Shown: one piece after another, positions 61,226 through 64,000 of the stretch
How positions within the stretch are numbered: position 1 is the stretch's first letter
How the letters are laid out: every line of letters begins with the position of its first letter
From: Candidatus Magasanikiibacteriota bacterium
GTDB taxonomy: Bacteria > Patescibacteriota > Patescibacteriia > Magasanikbacterales > UBA922
Assembly (NCBI GenBank): GCA_021648085.1
Contig: JAKITS010000001.1
Span: 682,759 to 746,758, forward strand
DNA length: 64,000 bases
Direction: 5' to 3'
The notes under the pieces: model-generated
What the model saw: the letters and a program-made list of their open reading frames with translations, nothing else
Database searches by the model: none
Told to the model about the DNA's origin: nothing
Program-made: the position numbers and the translations under genes

Positions 61226-61402
61226 ATGAATGGTAAACAAGATGTTTGCAAAGGTCACAATACAGAACAATACCCTGCCATTATGAGCTGGTGTGAAAAA
61301 TGTGGGCAATTAAAAGCAAGTAAAACATTTTTAACCTGCAAAAAATGCGCAAAAAAAAATAGTAGATGTCATATTTGTGGCAAAAAAAAAAGGAGTAACT
61401 AG
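61226..61402 (+). CDS. 58-aa Cys-rich zinc-binding microprotein, not in the ORF track
   Basis: TTGACT 61162, AAAAGGAG SD; CEKC-x11-CKKC-x6-CHICG. Confidence 0.7.
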   Translation: MNGKQDVCKGHNTEQYPAIMSWCEKCGQLKASKTFLTCKKCAKKNSRCHICGKKKRSN

Positions 61403-61569
61403 TGAATGAAGAAGTTTGTGATTGCCCCAAAAAACAAACATCATGTGTTTTTAGAATCTGCATTGACTGTAAAGCTCTTTTTTTAACATTATCTTCTAAA
61501 TTATGTTTACCCTGTTCCAACAAAAAAAGAACCTGCGTTTATTGTGGTAACCAAAAAAAGAAAACTTAA
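61402..61569 (+). CDS. 55-aa Cys-rich microprotein, paralog of the previous gene
   Basis: AAAGGAG SD, GTG start overlapping the upstream stop; CIDC-x11-CLPC-x6-CVYCG; terminator 61568-61597. Confidence 0.7.
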   Translation: MNEEVCDCPKKQTSCVFRICIDCKALFLTLSSKLCLPCSNKKRTCVYCGNQKKKT

Positions 61570-61679
61570 AAGATCGAAGTAAATTCGATCTTTTTTTAAT
61601 CCCCGAACATTTAACTACCTAAAAATAAATTAAATTTTAATTTTAATTTTTGGATGAATGTTTGAGTGAAATTAAGATA

Positions 61680-61710
61680 AGATCCTTCGACTTCGCTGAG
61701 GATGACGTGG
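61680..61710. repeat. Right half of a family B REP-like element
   Basis: AGATCCTTCGACTTCGCTGAGGATGACGTGG. Confidence 0.65.
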
Positions 61711-61757
61711 AAACGATCCTCAAATATGCTATAATATAATAAATTAATTATAAAAAA

Positions 61758-62726
61758 ATGCATACAGATATAATTACAATTGGAGATAGTGTTTTGGATA
61801 CTTATATAATGATAGACGACGCTACAGTTCATTGCGATATCAAAAAAGAACATTGCAAACTCTGTCTAAATTATGCAGAAAAAATTCCTATCACAGGATC
61901 CGCTCAGTCTGTTGGTGGAAATGCCGCAAATGTAGCAGTTGGTACACATCTTTTTGGGCTAAACTCTACAATTATTACAGAAGTTGGAGACGATTTAAAC
62001 GGTCATATTATTTTATCGAGCCTTAAAAAAGTTGGTGTAAATATAAAACATATACAGGTTAAAAAACAAGAAACTCGCTACGCAATTGTATTAAATTTCA
62101 AAGGTGAGCGTACAATTCTGTCTCAACACCCAAAAAGAAATTACACCTTATTAAACATTCCAAAAACTAATTGGATTTATTATACATCGCTTAGTAAATC
62201 ATTTGAAAAAATTCAAAAAAAATTAATTTCTCATCTTAAAAAAAATCCAAGCATAAAACTTGCTGTAAACCCAGGAACATACCAATTGAAAGACGGTTTG
62301 AAAATTCTAAAAAAAATACTCCCCTACGCTCACGCAATTATTTTAAACAAAGAAGAGGCGGAAATTATAGTTGGTAAGAAAAAAACCGAAAAAAGTACCT
62401 TAAAAGCTTTATTGGAAACTGGTGCAAAAATTGCTGTAATTACAAACGGTAAAAAAGGATCGTACACAACAGACGGAAAAGAATTTTTATTTATGCCAAT
62501 TTACCCACTAAAAGCAAAGGCTAAAACAGGCGCCGGTGATGCTTTTACAAGTGGTTTTTTGTCCGCTTTGGTACAAGGACACACAATAAAAGAAGCTGTG
62601 CAGTGGGGTACCGCAAACTCAGCAGGGGTAATACAAAAATTTGGTGCACAAGTTGGATTATTAAGTAAGCGGCAAACTTTAACAATGATAAAAAAATATA
62701 AAAAAATAATTCCGAAATCAATTTAA
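61758..62726 (+). CDS. PfkB-family carbohydrate kinase
   Basis: GGNAANVAVG, NKEEA, TNGKKG, TGAGDAF. Confidence 0.92.
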   Translation: MHTDIITIGDSVLDTYIMIDDATVHCDIKKEHCKLCLNYAEKIPITGSAQSVGGNAANVAVGTHLFGLNSTIITEVGDDLNGHIILSSLKKVGVNIKHIQVKKQETRYAIVLNFKGERTILSQHPKRNYTLLNIPKTNWIYYTSLSKSFEKIQKKLISHLKKNPSIKLAVNPGTYQLKDGLKILKKILPYAHAIILNKEEAEIIVGKKKTEKSTLKALLETGAKIAVITNGKKGSYTTDGKEFLFMPIYPLKAKAKTGAGDAFTSGFLSALVQGHTIKEAVQWGTANSAGVIQKFGAQVGLLSKRQTLTMIKKYKKIIPKSI

Positions 62727-62813
62727 ATGACAAAAAACAAAATCAAGTCCTTTTAAGCTTGATTTTTTATTCATTTTAGTGCATAATGTCTAAGTATTTT
62801 ATACTTTTTAATT

Positions 62814-64000
62814 ATGAAAAAAAATATAATCTTGTTTGTAGGTAAATACATCTCTGGTATTTCAAAAAGTTTAGAAGCTTACGAAGAGAAAACTGGAGAA
62901 AAATTTAAAACCGCACTATTACACGACAATAAAAAAACACCAAAAAAATTAGATATGGTGGATATTTTAATTTCTTGTAAAACTAAATCTGTAAACAGCA
63001 TACAAAAAGCTTTACTACCACACAGAGACTCATTTATTGCAGTCACTTGTCGTGGAGAAGATCAGATTCAAAACTTTGCAAAAGTAATACCAAACCTTCC
63101 ATATCTAAAAACACCAACAAGTGAATCTCTTTTGTGGTCTTCGGATAAATTATTAATGAGAAAGAGATTACATACACATAACAAGAAAATTACTCCTACA
63201 TACACAATCGTAAAAGATTATGAAGAAAAAACTATAAATAAAATTGCAAAAAAAGTTGGCTTTCCTTTGATTGTAAAGCCTACAGGCCTAGCTGGAAGCA
63301 GGCTTGTCACAATGTGTTTTGATAAAGAAGAATTAAAAAAAACACTAAAAAAAGTTTTCAAAAAAATTAAAAAAGTACACAAAGAGTCTGGTGGAAATTG
63401 GGAACCAAAAGTCTTGGTAGAACAATTTTTAGAAGGAAGTATGTATAGTATAGATGCTTATGTAGACAACAAAGGTAAGACCTACTTTTGTCCACTTGTG
63501 AGAGTGACGACTGGAAAAGAAATAGGCGGAGACGATTTCTTTGGCTACAAACAAACTACACCAGTTAAACTAAAGTCTGCAACAATAGAAGGTGCACGAT
63601 ATGTCGCGGTTCAAGCAGTTGAAGCCTTGGGTCTAAAAAATACAACAGCACACATAGAAATGATGAGAAATGAAGACGGCTGGAAAATTATAGAAGTAGG
63701 AGCAAGAATTGGCGGTTTTAGGCATGATTTATACCAAATGACTGCAAACATAGATCATAATATGAACGACATTTTAATACATATGGGTAAAAAACCTATT
63801 ATTCCAAAAAAGATAAAAGGTTATGCAACTGCAATGAAATTTTTTACACCAAAAGAAGGAGAATTGGTCAAAGTTTTTGGACTAAGAAAAGCAAATAAAT
63901 TGGAATCCTTCAAAAAAATAAATATAAGAAAAAAACCGGGAGACAAGTGTCTGTTTGCTAGAAATGGTGGAATAAGCATATTTAATATTATATTATTTAA
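62814..64000 (+). CDS. ATP-grasp domain ligase, 3' end truncated by the window
   Basis: Hand translation gives DKLLMR, GFPLIVKP...GSRLV, LVEQFLEG, HIE, IIEVGARIGG. Confidence 0.85.
   Translation, partial: MKKNIILFVGKYISGISKSLEAYEEKTGEKFKTALLHDNKKTPKKLDMVDILISCKTKSVNSIQKALLPHRDSFIAVTCRGEDQIQNFAKVIPNLPYLKTPTSESLLWSSDKLLMRKRLHTHNKKITPTYTIVKDYEEKTINKIAKKVGFPLIVKPTGLAGSRLVTMCFDKEELKKTLKKVFKKIKKVHKESGGNWEPKVLVEQFLEGSMYSIDAYVDNKGKTYFCPLVRVTTGKEIGGDDFFGYKQTTPVKLKSATIEGARYVAVQAVEALGLKNTTAHIEMMRNEDGWKIIEVGARIGGFRHDLYQMTANIDHNMNDILIHMGKKPIIPKKIKGYATAMKFFTPKEGELVKVFGLRKANKLESFKKINIRKKPGDKCLFARNGGISIFNIILF

Noticed and set aside
699-62733. Many 60-250 aa ORFs antisense or out of frame to core genes (for example 37953-38699, 26788-27213, 51713-52105, 53360-53806, 30267-30476)
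   Set aside because: Shadow frames of real genes or of repeats; no start signals or recognisable motifs
1-64000. CRISPR array or cas genes
   Set aside because: No regularly spaced direct repeats with unique spacers and no cas-like ORF; the repeats are dispersed palindromes
1-64000. Genetic code 25 (TGA = Gly)
   Set aside because: Core genes are full length in code 11, and TGA ends gyrA and rpiB (ATGA overlap with rpe)

Overview
64 kb of a very AT-rich bacterial chromosome read in standard code 11. Gene content and the lack of Shine-Dalgarno (SD) motifs on core genes suggest Patescibacteria/CPR, probably Parcubacteria (inference). Housekeeping genes: secE-nusG-rplK, rplA, a dTMP/dTDP operon (dCMP deaminase, NMP-kinase-like, dut, thyA, folA, tmk), gatB, miaA/miaB, thrS, pilB/gspE, ftsH, rpsA, gyrA, ruvA, ileS, rpiB-rpe, trxB, a PfkB kinase and a truncated ATP-grasp gene. 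The most unusual observations are: (1) a TrmB-family regulator with two matching operators over divergent promoters, driving a ~2 kb transcript dominated by RNA hairpins around three orphan ORFs (50.3-53.3 kb); (2) an integron-like attI..attC cassette with no integrase in the window, carrying an ABC exporter and bracketed by ~110 bp inverted repeats (29.7-32.9 kb); (3) two gene classes, SD-less core genes versus about 15 stand-alone orphan units with promoter, often a boxA-like motif, strong SD and terminator; (4) a pyrimidine operon with PyrB-PyrI and PyrD-PyrE-PyrC fusions plus an ornithine transcarbamylase, behind two tandem leader-peptide attenuators; (5) two unannotated Cys-rich microproteins with CRIPT-like spacing; (6) several GTCAT...ATGAC REP/MITE-like repeat families. 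No tRNA, rRNA or CRISPR array was seen. All calls are by eye; no searches or folding programs were run.
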